Positions 1-8,555 are shown, numbered from the stretch's first letter. The stretch is DNA of 64,000 nt from Clostridia bacterium (GCA_017399965.1 JAFQAP010000019.1:543-64542); one strand, 5' to 3'. The notes: generated from the letters alone by a model not told the origin. Program-made: numbers and translations.

Positions 1-110
1 GTGAAGGGGTGCTTGACGATCATCGGTGAGTACGGCGTTTCATTGATCTCTGTGGATAGCAGAGCAAGGGCGGTTAGTTTGACCTCGGCCAAGTTCGTTT
101 GCTTTCGCAT
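1..110 (-). CDS. hypothetical protein, N-terminal fragment (gene continues beyond window start)
   Basis: ATG at 110-108 with AAAGGAGG 6 nt upstream on the minus strand. The frame is open to position 1 (MRKQTNLAEVKLTALALL...). No family recognised. Confidence 0.5.
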   Translation of the reverse strand, partial: MRKQTNLAEVKLTALALLSTEINETPYSPMIVKHPF

Positions 111-132
111 TGTTTTCCTCCTTTCTGTGGAA

Positions 133-168
133 TAAAAAAAGCGCATGGATTTGTTCTTATCCATGCGC
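133..168 (-). terminator. rho-independent terminator downstream of tRNA-Ser(CGA)
   Basis: Hairpin GCGCATGGAT-loop-ATCCATGCGC (141-168), followed on the minus strand by a run of 8 T (133-140). Confidence 0.5.
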
Positions 169-333
169 TCGGTGGCTTGTATTCGGTTGTGCGAGAGTTC
201 GGCTCACTACAGAAAGGGAAAATACCTTTTTCACATCTGCAAAATCGCTTGTAAAAATTTCGACCGTAGAAACGGCGAAACCCCCGATAAAATCGGGGGT
301 TTCTTGGGCAATATCTTTTTCATTGCCCTTTGA

Positions 334-422
334 TGGCGGAGACGGCGAGATTCGAACTCGCGGGGGATTGCTCCCTAACTGATTTCGAGTCAGCCCCGTT
401 ATGACCACTTCGATACGTCTCC
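334..422 (-). tRNA. tRNA-Ser (anticodon CGA), class II with long variable arm, CCA encoded
   Basis: Minus-strand read begins GGAGACGTATCGAAGTGGTCATAACGGGGCTGACTCGAAATCAGTT and ends CGCGAGTTCGAATCTCGCCGTCTCCGCCA. Acceptor GGAGACG/CGTCTCC, anticodon stem GCTGA/TCAGT with loop CTCGAAA, T-arm GCGAG-TTCGAAT-CTCGC. Confidence 0.9.
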
Positions 423-573
423 GTATATGTTAAACTCCCGAAGGAGTATTAACGCAAATATTCAGTTGTATTAGAATTCTCGTTAGAACTCATAGTGTTT
501 TAGAAACGGTGGAATGCCCGAAAACCGCACGGTTAAAGGCTTTTGGGAAGATTGACTTCCGTTTGGCGAAGAA

Positions 574-615
574 GATTTCGAGTCAGCCCCGTTATGACCA
601 CTTCGATATCTCTCC
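574..615 (-). pseudogene. truncated 5-prime half of a tRNA-Ser gene (acceptor through anticodon loop only)
   Basis: 574-608 is identical to 381-415 of the intact tRNA. The acceptor strand differs (GGAGAGA vs GGAGACG). Sequence after the anticodon loop has no anticodon-stem partner, variable arm or T-arm. Confidence 0.6.
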
Positions 616-734
616 GTGTATTGAATTTGCTTGGTATATGTTAGCACAACCGGAAAGGATTTGCAATAGTTTTTTGTAAAAACCCCTTTTCTTTTTGTTT
701 AAGGTATGGTAAAATATCGATACCGAGGTGAAAA

Positions 735-1514
735 ATGTTGAAAGCAATAGAAGTTCTTGAAAAATTGAATTATTATTCCGGCGCATCCCTTGTTCGGACT
801 GTAGACACACTGAAAGCGGGAAGCGACGAAAAGGAGACGAGCAAGGTCGCCTTTTGCTTTACTGCAACGGCGGACGTTATAAAAGCGGCAAAGGAGTGGG
901 GCGCAGACGTTCTTGTAACCCATGAGCCTACATACCACGACCATTTCGATAATTTCCGTGAAAGCGAAGTTGCCTGCAGTAAAAGACAGTTGCTGGAATC
1001 CACGGGAATGACTGTATACCGCTGGCACGACCATCCCCATGCGGCGCTGCCCGATATTATTCACGCCGGATTTCTTGAAGCATCCGCTTTGCACGGAACC
1101 TTGGACGGAAGATTTTTCATTCTTGATAAACCTATGACATCCCGCGAAATAGCGAGGAAAATAGAGAAAAACTGCGGCATAAAGCACGCCCGTATTATCG
1201 GCGCTTGCGATACCGAATCACAAAAGATCGGAATGTGCTTGGGCGCTTGCGGAGATATGGTTTTTGATATTATCCGCGATACTGACTGCGAGGTAGTGAT
1301 CGCAGGGGAAATATGCGAATGGCGTGAGGGTTGCTTTACCCGTGACGCGGCGCAGCTCGGATTCAATAAATCCATTATCCTTTTGGGACATTGCGCCAGC
1401 GAGCGTGACGGAATGAAATATCTTGCGGATATATGGAACACCATCTGCCCCGATATACCCGGACGATACTTTGAAACCGGCGAGCTTTTTAACTATACGG
1501 AGGACAAACAGTAA
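735..1514 (+). CDS. NIF3-family (YqfO/GTP cyclohydrolase 1 type 2-like) dinuclear metal centre protein
   Basis: 259 aa. The motif around DVLVTHEPTYHDH and the C-terminal LLGHCASE block are typical of NIF3-like proteins. Family assignment is by eye. Confidence 0.6.
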   Translation: MLKAIEVLEKLNYYSGASLVRTVDTLKAGSDEKETSKVAFCFTATADVIKAAKEWGADVLVTHEPTYHDHFDNFRESEVACSKRQLLESTGMTVYRWHDHPHAALPDIIHAGFLEASALHGTLDGRFFILDKPMTSREIARKIEKNCGIKHARIIGACDTESQKIGMCLGACGDMVFDIIRDTDCEVVIAGEICEWREGCFTRDAAQLGFNKSIILLGHCASERDGMKYLADIWNTICPDIPGRYFETGELFNYTEDKQ

Positions 1515-2975
1515 ATGAAAAAAATAACATCCTTTTGTGTTGCTTTGGTACTCACGCTTCTCTGCGTGCTTCCCGTTTCCGCTTCACATACCAACCCTTG
1601 TAACGGCAACCACAGCTATACCGGTTCCGGCACGCCCAATACTCCCACAGGATCATTTTCTTTTGATCCCGAGGTACAGGAGTACTGGACAAAAAGCGGT
1701 GAAATTATTACTCTTGCCATAACGGTAAACGACTTGAACAACACCTTGAAGCAGGTCGGCGGCATTATTGTTTCCTTCAAGCTTTCTTATGATTCTAAAG
1801 CTGTAACATTTATCGACCCTGCGGATGACAGCGCAGGCTACGATATGCTGAGCAAGCTTCCCGGCGGCACCAGCGATGCTGCCAGAAAGGACTGGGAAAA
1901 GGGTACCGAGGTAACTGCGGTCAAGGACAGCCGCGGAAACGATCTGGTCAACGTTATTGCGGAATCCAACGTGGGTGTTACCAAAGGTAAAAACGACTAT
2001 GCCATAACCGGTGACGGTCAGTTTACTATTCAGCTTAAATTCAAAATCAATTCCGGCTGGACGGGCGATATAACCTTTAAGACTGTTACGGTGGCGATCA
2101 CCGGCAACAATTCTCCTATTCCCAAGGAGTATAACGGTGCGGGCTTTACCCGCAACGTAAAGAGCTATACACAGCTTTTGGCGAATTCTTCTCTTTCGGG
2201 AGATTGGACTGTTTTAAAAGAGCCCACCTGCTCCGAAAAGGGAAAAGCAGAGCTTCGCTGTAAGATCTGCGGCGAGCTTGCAGGCATTAAAGATCTGCCC
2301 GTGTCCGACCACAAGCCCGGTCCTCTTGTTGAAAAGGTAAAGCAGACCTGCACTCAGGACGGTGTTTGGGAATCCAAGTGTACCGGCTGTAACAAGGTTT
2401 ATGAAACCAAGACCGAAAAGGCTACGGGACATAAAGCAGGGGAGTTTGTTGTAAAGACTCCCGCTACCTGCACCAAAGACGGAGTTATGGAGTCCAAGTG
2501 TACCGTGTGTAATACCGTCATCGAGACCAAGACCATTAAAGCGACCGGTCACAAGGCAGGGGAATTGAAAAAGGTAAAAGAAATGACCTGCGTTCAGGAC
2601 GAGGTTTGGGAATCCAGATGTACCGAATGTGACGCGGTGGTAGAAACCAAGACCGAAAAATCACCCGGTCATAAGTACGGCGAATGGGCAGAGCACAAAG
2701 CTCCCACTATGGTAGACGAGGGCGAGGAACGCCGCGTTTGCTCCGAATGCAACGAATACGAATCCCGCGCCACCGCAAAGCTTCCCTTTGAGGGCTTGCG
2801 CGGCGACGTTGAGCGCACGGGCGAGATCGACGAAGAGGACGCAGCCGCAGTAAAGGATATGTTCCTTGGCGACAGAGAATATGATAAAATGGATCAGCTT
2901 TTTGCCGACGGCAACGAAAACGGCAAGCTGGATCTGGGAGATTACATATTCGTGCTCAGACAAATGAATAAATAA
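1515..2975 (+). CDS. secreted protein: signal peptide, cohesin-like domain, five Cys-rich tandem modules, C-terminal dockerin
   Basis: N-terminal signal peptide (MKKITSFCVALVLTLLCVLPVSAS). Residues about 50-205 resemble cohesin (ITLAITVNDL..., YAITGDGQFTIQLKFKI..GDITF). Residues 234-424 hold repeats of the form TC..DG....KC..C...ETKT..ATGHK.G. The C-terminus has two DxxxxGxIDxxD-type dockerin segments. Confidence 0.6.
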   Translation: MKKITSFCVALVLTLLCVLPVSASHTNPCNGNHSYTGSGTPNTPTGSFSFDPEVQEYWTKSGEIITLAITVNDLNNTLKQVGGIIVSFKLSYDSKAVTFIDPADDSAGYDMLSKLPGGTSDAARKDWEKGTEVTAVKDSRGNDLVNVIAESNVGVTKGKNDYAITGDGQFTIQLKFKINSGWTGDITFKTVTVAITGNNSPIPKEYNGAGFTRNVKSYTQLLANSSLSGDWTVLKEPTCSEKGKAELRCKICGELAGIKDLPVSDHKPGPLVEKVKQTCTQDGVWESKCTGCNKVYETKTEKATGHKAGEFVVKTPATCTKDGVMESKCTVCNTVIETKTIKATGHKAGELKKVKEMTCVQDEVWESRCTECDAVVETKTEKSPGHKYGEWAEHKAPTMVDEGEERRVCSECNEYESRATAKLPFEGLRGDVERTGEIDEEDAAAVKDMFLGDREYDKMDQLFADGNENGKLDLGDYIFVLRQMNK

Positions 2976-2982
2976 AACATAA

Positions 2983-3019
2983 AAGAGAGAACCGTATCAT
3001 TTGCGCGTTCTCTCTTTTG
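2983..3019 (+). terminator. rho-independent terminator
   Basis: GAGAGAAC...GTTCTCTC hairpin followed by TTTTG. Confidence 0.6.
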
Positions 3020-3144
3020 TCTCGAACCGTATTGGGGGTGTTTTTTTCGGGGTCCCCAAAAATGCGAATGCATTTTAGGGGTAATTTTTCTTTCGGGGTA
3101 TATTTTATATGCCCTGTGCCAAAATATAGCCGAGGTGATATATT

Positions 3145-3807
3145 TTGACAGAAACAAACAATACCGAGGAAACAACCGCGCCCGAGCAGGATAGTATAAC
3201 TACCGAAAGCGGGATACACGCTCTTATTATCGCAGGGCAGATAGAGGGGCATTTTTCTGCTGGAGCGCAGGCGAAAAGCACAAGATACGAGCAATGCATT
3301 CCAACCCTGGTAGCTGTGGAGGAATCCGAAAACATAGGGGGACTTTTGCTTTTAATAAATACTATTGGTGGCGATGTGGAAGCCGGACTTGCCATAGCCG
3401 AATTGATAGCAGGGATGAAAAAGCCCACTGTATCTATAGTTTTGGGAGGCGGACATTCTATCGGCGTACCTCTTGCCGTAAGCGCAAAGAAATCCTTTAT
3501 CGTACCTTCCGCAACAATGACCCTGCATCCCGTGCGGATAAACGGTCTGGTTATCGGTGTTCCCCAGACCTACAGCTATTTTGAAAAAATGCAAAACCGC
3601 ATAGTGGATTTTATTGTGCGCAATTCAAGAGCAGACGGGGACGAACTGCGCAAGCTTATGTGCCGCACAGACGAGCTTACCACGGATATAGGTACCGTGC
3701 TTGAAGGAAGCGAGGCTGTGGAGAAGGGGATAATCGACTGTGTGGGCGGCTTGGGAGATGCGGTGGCGGCGCTCAAACAGATGATGCGGGAAAAGGAAAA
3801 AGAGTAA
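3145..3807 (+). CDS. tepA: ClpP-family protease-like protein (TepA/YmfB type)
   Basis: 220 aa, TTG start. The core LLLINTIGGDVEAGLAIAELI...SATMTLHPV matches the ClpP/TepA fold family. It sits upstream of rplU, as in other sporeformers. Confidence 0.65.
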   Translation: MTETNNTEETTAPEQDSITTESGIHALIIAGQIEGHFSAGAQAKSTRYEQCIPTLVAVEESENIGGLLLLINTIGGDVEAGLAIAELIAGMKKPTVSIVLGGGHSIGVPLAVSAKKSFIVPSATMTLHPVRINGLVIGVPQTYSYFEKMQNRIVDFIVRNSRADGDELRKLMCRTDELTTDIGTVLEGSEAVEKGIIDCVGGLGDAVAALKQMMREKEKE

Positions 3808-3827
3808 TAAAAATCGCAAAAAATGTA

Positions 3828-3856
3828 TTGACAAACTCTCTTTGTTGTGTTAATAT
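3828..3856 (+). promoter_or_regulatory. sigma-A type promoter of the rplU-prp-rpmA operon
   Basis: TTGACA (3828-3833), a 17-nt spacer, then TAATAT (3851-3856). Confidence 0.65.
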
Positions 3857-3950
3857 AGCAAGTGCCGCGTGTATGGGGTTTTTGAAGTTGCGCAGTTTTG
3901 CGCACACCTGCTAAGCAGCGAGTCTAAAAAGAAAGAGAGGTGCTGCACCA
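3857..3950 (+). ncRNA. candidate ribosomal protein L21 leader (5-prime UTR structure)
   Basis: About 95-nt leader between the promoter and rplU. It has hairpins TGCGC-AGTTTT-GCGCA and CTGC-TAA-GCAG, plus GGTGC-T-GCACC overlapping the RBS. An L21 leader is known at this position in Firmicutes. Not verified against a covariance model. Confidence 0.4.
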
Positions 3951-4259
3951 ATGTTTGCAATAGTAGAAACAGGAGGAAAGCAGTACAAAGTCAGCGAAGG
4001 CGACGTTATCTACGTTGAAAAGCTTGACGTTAACGAAGGCGAAACCTACACCTTCGAAAAGGTATTGGCAATTTCCACCGCAGAAGGCTTTGTTGTTGGA
4101 AACCCTGTTGTTTCCGCAAAGGTAGAGGCTAATGTGGTTAAGAACGGCAAGGGCAAGAAGATCCACGTACTCCGTTACAAGGCAAAGAAGAACGAGAAGA
4201 AGCATATCGGTCACAGACAGCCTTACACCAAGCTTCAGATCACTTCCATCAACGCTTAA
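3951..4259 (+). CDS. rplU: 50S ribosomal protein L21
   Basis: [25 protein letters not shown]... is a canonical L21. Confidence 0.95.
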   Translation: MFAIVETGGKQYKVSEGDVIYVEKLDVNEGETYTFEKVLAISTAEGFVVGNPVVSAKVEANVVKNGKGKKIHVLRYKAKKNEKKHIGHRQPYTKLQITSINA

Positions 4260-4260
4260 G

Positions 4261-4599
4261 ATGATTAAAGTACAGGTTAGCTTTGCAGGTAAAGATTGCC
4301 TCCTGCACGTGTCCGGTCATTCGGGATACGCAGAGGCAGGCAGTGATATCGTCTGTGCCGCTGTAAGCTCAATGGTTATGCTTACCCTTAACACGGTAAC
4401 AGAACGTTTCGGCTGTAAAGCGGTTATCAAAACAAACGAAAGCAAAGCTGAAATTGACGCCAAGGTGGTTGATTACACACCGGAAGCGGAAGGTATCATC
4501 AAGCAATTTGCACGGGAAGCGTGGGAAATATCCCAAGATTATCCCGAAAACGTAACGGTTATTGCCGATTTTTTGAAAGGAGAAATTCACAATGCTTAG
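4261..4599 (+). CDS. prp: ribosomal-processing cysteine protease Prp (YsxB family)
   Basis: ATG at 4261, 112 aa. [21 protein letters not shown] is the Prp His/Cys dyad region. It lies between rplU and rpmA. Confidence 0.85.
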   Translation: MIKVQVSFAGKDCLLHVSGHSGYAEAGSDIVCAAVSSMVMLTLNTVTERFGCKAVIKTNESKAEIDAKVVDYTPEAEGIIKQFAREAWEISQDYPENVTVIADFLKGEIHNA

Positions 4600-4879
4600 A
4601 TTGACTATACAGTTTTTTGCACATAAGAAGGGCGTTGGTTCTACCAAGAACGGCCGCGATTCCGAGTCCAAGCGTCTTGGCGCAAAGCGTGCTGACGGTC
4701 AGTTCGTAGTTGCAGGCAACATTCTTGTTCGCCAGCGCGGAACTAAGATCCATCCCGGTAACAACGTCGGCAGAGGTTCTGATGACACTCTGTTTGCACT
4801 TGCAGACGGCGTAGTTAAGTTCGAGCCTATGGCAGGCGGCAGAAAGAAAGTAAGCGTTAACGCAGTAAACGCTGACTAA
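4592..4879 (+). CDS. rpmA: 50S ribosomal protein L27 with N-terminal propeptide
   Basis: [30 protein letters not shown]... is canonical L27 with the Firmicute N-terminal extension. It overlaps prp by 8 nt. Confidence 0.95.
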   Translation: MLRLTIQFFAHKKGVGSTKNGRDSESKRLGAKRADGQFVVAGNILVRQRGTKIHPGNNVGRGSDDTLFALADGVVKFEPMAGGRKKVSVNAVNAD

Positions 4880-4892
4880 CTATATGCTTTTC

Positions 4893-4936
4893 ACGGAGCT
4901 TACGGGTACTCGTGTACCCGAAGCTCCGTTTTGTTT
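4893..4936 (+). terminator. terminator or attenuator between rpmA and obg
   Basis: Long hairpin ACGGAGCTTACGGGTAC-TCG-TGTACCCGAAGCTCCGT followed by TTTTGTTT. Confidence 0.5.
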
Positions 4937-4967
4937 GGTTTTATTATGTTTGAAAGAGGTGACGGAA

Positions 4968-6230
4968 GTGTTTATAGATAAAGTCGATATTTACGTAAAG
5001 GCAGGTAACGGCGGCAACGGCTGTGTTTCCTTCCGCCGCGAAAAATACGTTGCCAAGGGCGGACCTGACGGCGGCGACGGCGGCAAGGGCGGAGACGTTA
5101 TATTTGTTGTGGACGAGGGCGCAAACACCCTTCTTGCTTTTAAAAACAAAAGAAAATATATTGCTGAAAACGGCAAGGACGGTCAAAACAAAAAGTTTTT
5201 CGGCGCTTCCGGAGCAGACCTTTACATTTCCGTCCCCAGAGGTACCGTTATACGTGATAAAGACTCCGGCAGAATAATAAAGGATATGTCGGATGATCAG
5301 CCTTTTTTATTTCTTAAGGGAGGCAAAGGCGGTTGGGGCAACACCCATTTTGCAACCGCCACAAGACAGGTTCCTCATTTTGCAAAAAGCGGTATTACCG
5401 GCGGGGAAGCCAACCTTACCCTTGAACTTAAAACTATTGCCGACGTAGGTCTGGCAGGCTATCCCAACGTAGGTAAATCCACTTTTCTTTCCGTGGTTTC
5501 CGCAGCAAGACCAAAAATAGCAAATTATCATTTTACTACTCTTCAGCCTAACTTAGGTGTTGTAAATAACCACGGCGATACTTTTGTTATTGCCGATATC
5601 CCCGGGCTTATAGAGGGCGCGGGTGAAGGCAGAGGCTTGGGCCACGATTTTTTGCGCCATATCGAGCGCTGCCGTCTTATACTTCATATATTTGATATTT
5701 CTTCCTCCGAGCGTGAAGATCCGCTGGAGGATATAAAGCGTATTAACGGGGAGCTTGAGATATTCTCTCCCGAGCTGGCAACACGCCCCCAGATACTCGC
5801 CGCAAACAAGTGCGACGTAGGCTATGACGAAGAAGTGCTTGAAAAAATAAAAGAATACGCATTTGAACAGGGATATTCTCTGTATCTCATCTCCGCCGCC
5901 ACCCGTGAAGGCGTGCAGGAGCTTTTAAACGGCATAAGCGCCGCATTGCGTGAGCTTCCTCCCGTAAAGGTTTACGAAGCGGAGGAGGCGGAGGAAGCAC
6001 TCCCCGAAGAAAGAACCACCGAAGTTACCAAGGATGGCGACGTGTTCGTGGTTACCGGCGAGTGGCTTAAGAAGGTTTGCGGCAGCGTTAATTTTGATGA
6101 TTACGAATCTCTTGCATACTTCCAGCGCGTGCTGAGAAACGGCGGAGTTATAGACGCTTTGGAAAAAGCGGGCGTGCAAGAGGGCGATACCGTGGATATC
6201 TACGGTATTGAATTCGATTTCGTATATTAA
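4968..6230 (+). CDS. obg: GTPase Obg/CgtA
   Basis: GTG at 4968 with AGAGGTG upstream. VFIDKVDIYVKAGNGGNGCVSFRREKY..GGPDGGDGGKGG is the Obg fold. G-domain GYPNVGKST and a C-terminal TGS-like domain are present. Confidence 0.9.
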   Translation: MFIDKVDIYVKAGNGGNGCVSFRREKYVAKGGPDGGDGGKGGDVIFVVDEGANTLLAFKNKRKYIAENGKDGQNKKFFGASGADLYISVPRGTVIRDKDSGRIIKDMSDDQPFLFLKGGKGGWGNTHFATATRQVPHFAKSGITGGEANLTLELKTIADVGLAGYPNVGKSTFLSVVSAARPKIANYHFTTLQPNLGVVNNHGDTFVIADIPGLIEGAGEGRGLGHDFLRHIERCRLILHIFDISSSEREDPLEDIKRINGELEIFSPELATRPQILAANKCDVGYDEEVLEKIKEYAFEQGYSLYLISAATREGVQELLNGISAALRELPPVKVYEAEEAEEALPEERTTEVTKDGDVFVVTGEWLKKVCGSVNFDDYESLAYFQRVLRNGGVIDALEKAGVQEGDTVDIYGIEFDFVY

Positions 6231-7153
6231 AATACGGTTTCTATGGTTTTTTCACATGAAAGGGGCGAATATATCCATCTGTCTATATGGCTGATATCGG
6301 GATATTCATAGCGGCTTTCTGTTTTTGAAACCTCACCCACGTCCACTATCACTAATTTTATCTTCATTCGCTCGGGGATTATGCTTTTAATATATACAGC
6401 GGCATACATTCCGGGCAAAACACCTTCACGGTATTCCGCAAGTCCTGCCAGGTTGGGAGTAAGCTCAACAAAGATACCGTAGCTTTCCACGCTTCTTATA
6501 ATACCTGCGGCAGTCTGCCCCACAGAAAAATTGCGGGCGTTTTCTTCCCACGTGCCCAAAAGCTCACGGTGGGTAAGGGAAACGTATCCGTTTTCATCCA
6601 CACCGCTTCGCACCACCGCTTTTATGCGCTGTCCGATACGGAATCTGTCCGAAGGGTGGGATATTCGGGATACGGACATACAGTCTATAGACATAAGTGA
6701 AATTATCCCGCAGCCGATATCTACAAATCCCCCGTAGCTTTCAAAATGGGTTATTTTTGCATCAATAATATCTCCGGGTGAAAGCTTTTCCACGTGCTGT
6801 GCCATACATTCTTCTTGTGCCAGCCTTCTGGAAAGGTAAACTTGCACCTTTTCATCGGAAGAGGGAACGATGTCCGTTACCATAAAGCATACGGGCTTTC
6901 CCACGCGGGATAACACGGCAATGTCCTTTAACTTACCGCATCTGGAATAACCGCACTGGCTTTTGGGAATTATACCCATACAAAATCCCAGATCCACGTA
7001 AAGATCCATATTTTCATCGCACAGCACGCATCGCGCTTCAAGTATTATTTTTTCCGCAAGGGCACGTGCCAAGGTTTCGTAATTTTTAAGTAATGCAAGG
7101 TTTCTGGGGGTGTTTAACAGCATACCCTCGGGTAAATATTCGTTTCGCTTCAT
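6227..7153 (-). CDS. S1 RNA-binding domain protein (multiple S1 repeats)
   Basis: 308 aa with S1-like segments (GDIIDAKITHFESYGGFVDIG..., GQTAAGIIRSVESYGIFVEL). Confidence 0.65.
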   Translation of the reverse strand: MKRNEYLPEGMLLNTPRNLALLKNYETLARALAEKIILEARCVLCDENMDLYVDLGFCMGIIPKSQCGYSRCGKLKDIAVLSRVGKPVCFMVTDIVPSSDEKVQVYLSRRLAQEECMAQHVEKLSPGDIIDAKITHFESYGGFVDIGCGIISLMSIDCMSVSRISHPSDRFRIGQRIKAVVRSGVDENGYVSLTHRELLGTWEENARNFSVGQTAAGIIRSVESYGIFVELTPNLAGLAEYREGVLPGMYAAVYIKSIIPERMKIKLVIVDVGEVSKTESRYEYPDISHIDRWIYSPLSCEKTIETVF

Positions 7154-7229
7154 TGTTTGTTAAATTCCTTTCGGTTTTTATATTTACATTTTATGAAGCG
7201 TAAAATACATATATTCGGAGGAAAATAAA

Positions 7230-8294
7230 TTGATTGAAAAGCTTAAGGATATAGAACGTAAATTTAACGAGATCGAAGAAAAGCTTTCCGATCCCGAAAT
7301 AATCTCCAATATGGAGGAATACAAAAAATACACCAAGGAATACAAAAATCTCTCTCCCGTAGTAGATAAGTACCGTGAATACGTTTCTTACCAAAGAGAT
7401 AAAGAGGACGGGGAAGAGGTGCTTGCCGAAGGCGACGAGGATATGCGGGAGCTGGCAGAGGAGCAGATAAAGACCGCCAAGGAAAGTATGGAAGTTTGCT
7501 TTGAAGAGCTGCGTATACTTCTCCTTCCCAAGGATCCCAACGACGATAAAAACGTTATTATCGAAATACGCGGCGGCGCGGGCGGCGACGAGGCGGCGCT
7601 TTTTGCAGGCAACCTTTACCGTATGTACAATATGTACGCAGAGCAGGCAGGCTTTAAGTGCGAGCTTCTTTATGCCAACGAAACCGAGCTTGGCGGTATG
7701 AAGGAGGTTTCTTTCACCGTAAGCGGAGAGGGAGCGTATTCCAGATTTAAGTTTGAATCCGGCGTTCACCGCGTTCAGCGTGTGCCCGATACGGAGTCCC
7801 AGGGCAGAATTCAGACCTCCACCGCAACGGTAGCCGTGCTTCCCGAGGTAGAGGAAAGCGATTTCGAGCTTAATATGGATGAGCTGGAAATTACCACCCA
7901 CCGTTCCGCAGGCGCAGGCGGACAGCACGTAAACAAAACGGAAAGCGCTATCCGTATTATCCACAAGCCCACGGGCACCGTGGTTGACTGTCAGGACGAA
8001 AGAAGCCAGGGCAAAAACAAGGAAAAGGCTTTAAAGGTAATGAAGAGCCGTCTTGCGGATATGGAAAAGCGCAAGAGAGAGTCTGCCCTTGCTTCCGAAA
8101 GAAGAAGCCAGGTTGGCACCGGCGACCGAAGCGAGCGTATCCGTACCTATAACTTCCCTCAGGGCAGAGTTACAGACCACCGTATCGGTCTTACCCTTTA
8201 TTCTCTTGAAAGCTTTATGAACGGCAGGATCGACGAAATGATAGATGCCCTCATAACCGCAGACAGAGCAGAAAAACTAAAAGCTGAAATATAA
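7230..8294 (+). CDS. prfA: peptide chain release factor 1
   Basis: TTG start, 354 aa. Contains the PxT-type RF1 region and the GGQ motif ([15 protein letters not shown]). Confidence 0.95.
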   Translation: MIEKLKDIERKFNEIEEKLSDPEIISNMEEYKKYTKEYKNLSPVVDKYREYVSYQRDKEDGEEVLAEGDEDMRELAEEQIKTAKESMEVCFEELRILLLPKDPNDDKNVIIEIRGGAGGDEAALFAGNLYRMYNMYAEQAGFKCELLYANETELGGMKEVSFTVSGEGAYSRFKFESGVHRVQRVPDTESQGRIQTSTATVAVLPEVEESDFELNMDELEITTHRSAGAGGQHVNKTESAIRIIHKPTGTVVDCQDERSQGKNKEKALKVMKSRLADMEKRKRESALASERRSQVGTGDRSERIRTYNFPQGRVTDHRIGLTLYSLESFMNGRIDEMIDALITADRAEKLKAEI

Positions 8295-8365
8295 GAATCA
8301 CCCCAAGAAAGGTTTTTAGGCGTGTAGCGGCAGCAGACATAACTGATATGTTAAAAACGCTTTCT

Positions 8366-8430
8366 CGGGGACCCCGATAATCACCCCAAGAAGCCTAACG
8401 GCTTTTCGGGGACCCCGATAATCACCCCAA
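8366..8430. repeat. two tandem copies (period 41 nt) of a dispersed hairpin repeat (family R1)
   Basis: CGGGGACCCCGATAATCACCCCAA occurs at 8366-8389 and 8407-8430. A partial copy GAATCACCCCAAGAAAGG is at 8295-8312. The hairpin is CCCCAAGAAGCC-TAAC-GGCTTTTCGGGG. Confidence 0.8.
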
Positions 8431-8495
8431 ATACAACACAAATAAAAACGGAGAGCTTAAAGGCAGGTTCTCATAAGGAAGTTTGATTTCTCCTT

Positions 8496-8521
8496 GTAGG
8501 GACCGGCGTCCTCGACGGTCC
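8496..8521. repeat. GTAGGG-hairpin repeat (family R2)
   Basis: GTAGGGACCGGCGTCCTCGACGGTCC. Related copies are at 34298, 48236 and 48489. Confidence 0.7.
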
Positions 8522-8555
8522 GAGACATATTTTGCTATGCAGGAAACAAATAATT

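Noticed and set aside
110-408. ORFs of 62-90 aa on both strands overlapping tRNA-Ser(CGA)
   Set aside because: They overlap a well-folded tRNA gene and two terminator hairpins. They have no RBS and are not coding.
334-735. Integrated prophage or genomic island at tRNA-Ser(CGA)
   Set aside because: Only a 42-nt 5-prime tRNA fragment is duplicated. There is no integrase, no phage genes and no 3-prime tRNA direct repeat in the window. The flanking NIF3 gene is ordinary core content.
4884-4967. N-terminal extension of the obg ORF (ATG at 4884)
   Set aside because: The extension covers the rpmA-obg terminator hairpin and is not Obg-like. GTG at 4968 has a good RBS and gives the canonical Obg N-terminus.
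7191-7964. 257-aa minus-strand ORF
   Set aside because: It is antisense to prfA, which has the GGQ motif and full-length RF1 similarity. Shadow ORF.
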